The position numbers were made by a program, and so were the translations under genes. The notes below the pieces were generated by a model that worked only from the letters and a program-made list of their open reading frames with translations, was not told the DNA's origin and ran no database searches. Source: Alphaproteobacteria bacterium (GTDB lineage Bacteria; Pseudomonadota; Alphaproteobacteria; UBA8317). From it: a DNA stretch of 18,423 nt. Positions 17,799 through 18,423 of this stretch are shown one piece after another (the first letter of the stretch is position 1; the number at the start of each line of letters is the position of its first letter). The stretch spans positions 1-18,423 of the forward strand of contig JAYPQH010000020.1 of the NCBI GenBank assembly GCA_038131935.1, given 5' to 3'.

Positions 17799-18407
17799 TC
17801 AGCGAACCGTTTGTGCTCTTGCAAGTTCAAGCATCAATTGTTCCAGATGCATAGGTAGAATGGGACCGATATGCTTATAAGTGATGGTTCCATCACCCGC
17901 GACAACAAAGCTTTCTGGTACACCATAAACACCCAAATCAATTCCCACCCTACCATTTTTATCTGACAAATTGTCAGCGAAAGGGTTGCCCAATTCCTGT
18001 AGAAAATTTTGTGCGTTTTTATCACTATCTTTATAGTTTAGCCCAACAATTTTGACGCCTCGATTTTTTAGTTCCATCAGCATTTCGTGCTCTGCGCGAC
18101 AAGGGGCACACCAACTTGCCCAAACATTCAGCAAGCGTACCTGACCGTCTTGAAACAAGGTTTGTGATAACAGCTCACCACCACCAACTGGCTCCAGAGC
18201 AAAGTTGGGCACTTGTTTATCTATCAACGCCGAGGGTACTTCGTCAGCCTTCCACAAAAATAACCCACCAAGGAAGCCTGCAACCAGCGCCACAAACAAG
18301 ATAAGAGGAATGAATCTTATAAATTGCCGAAAAAACAATGCCACGATTACTGCCACGGCCAGGCAAATAACACTAACCAACGCAACCAAAATATCATCAC
18401 GAACGTG
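17799..18407 (-). CDS. ccmG: Cytochrome c maturation thiol:disulfide interchange protein CcmG/DsbE (5' end probably truncated at read end)
   Basis: PSALIDKQVPNFAL, NVWASWCAPCRAEH, GLNYKD, LGVYGVPESF, KHIGP. The frame stays open from TTG 18389 back to 18407, next to the terminal adapter-like sequence. Confidence 0.93.
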   Translation of the reverse strand, partial: HVRDDILVALVSVICLAVAVIVALFFRQFIRFIPLILFVALVAGFLGGLFLWKADEVPSALIDKQVPNFALEPVGGGELLSQTLFQDGQVRLLNVWASWCAPCRAEHEMLMELKNRGVKIVGLNYKDSDKNAQNFLQELGNPFADNLSDKNGRVGIDLGVYGVPESFVVAGDGTITYKHIGPILPMHLEQLMLELARAQTVR

Positions 18408-18410
18408 CTA

Positions 18411-18423
18411 ACTAATGCGTAAC
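18411..18423 (+). other. Degenerate Nanopore adapter complement at the 3' end (technical sequence)
   Basis: ACTAATGCGTAAC versus adapter complement AGCAATACGTAAC: 10 of 13 identical, ending exactly at the window end and mirroring bases 1-11. Confidence 0.65.

Noticed and set aside
5759-18411. Numerous 60-150 aa antisense or out-of-frame ORFs (for example 10293-10724, 9471-9848, 17305-17757, 13686-13946)
   Set aside because: They are shadows of well-supported housekeeping genes or of the regulatory spacer and show no recognisable motifs.

Overview
The window looks like one Oxford Nanopore-derived sequence that is probably a chimera of two unrelated molecules. Adapter-like sequence is present at both ends (GTTACGTATTG at 1-11; a degenerate AGCAATACGTAAC at 18411-18423), and a likely collapsed adapter junction lies at ~2135-2150. 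Segment A (12-~2134) is AT-richer and full of single-base indels. Once frameshifts are repaired it holds a tightly coupled minus-strand operon: a membrane HAMP/MCP-like sensor with a periplasmic CxxCH heme-c site and a degenerate signalling tip, a two-Cys surface-adhesin-E-like exported protein, and a DCC1/DUF393 CxxC thiol-disulfide protein. Segment B (~2150-18410) is alphaproteobacterial core genome: truncated pyridoxal kinase, DUF429, ccmI/cycH, an orphan winged-helix regulator plus MASE1-like membrane protein pair, the ffh-rpsP-rimM-trmD-rplS-leuC-leuD-leuB-asd run (minus), the divergent dapF-mtaB-ftsY-ispZ run (plus), and a convergent ccmG. The ffh/dapF intergenic region is richly structured, with an ffh-leader hairpin and U-tract, a symmetric face-to-face promoter pair, and a 13-bp tandem array that appears to amplify the ffh ribosome-binding site. 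No CRISPR array, tRNA, rRNA or mobile element was seen. Family calls come from motif recognition only; no database search was run.
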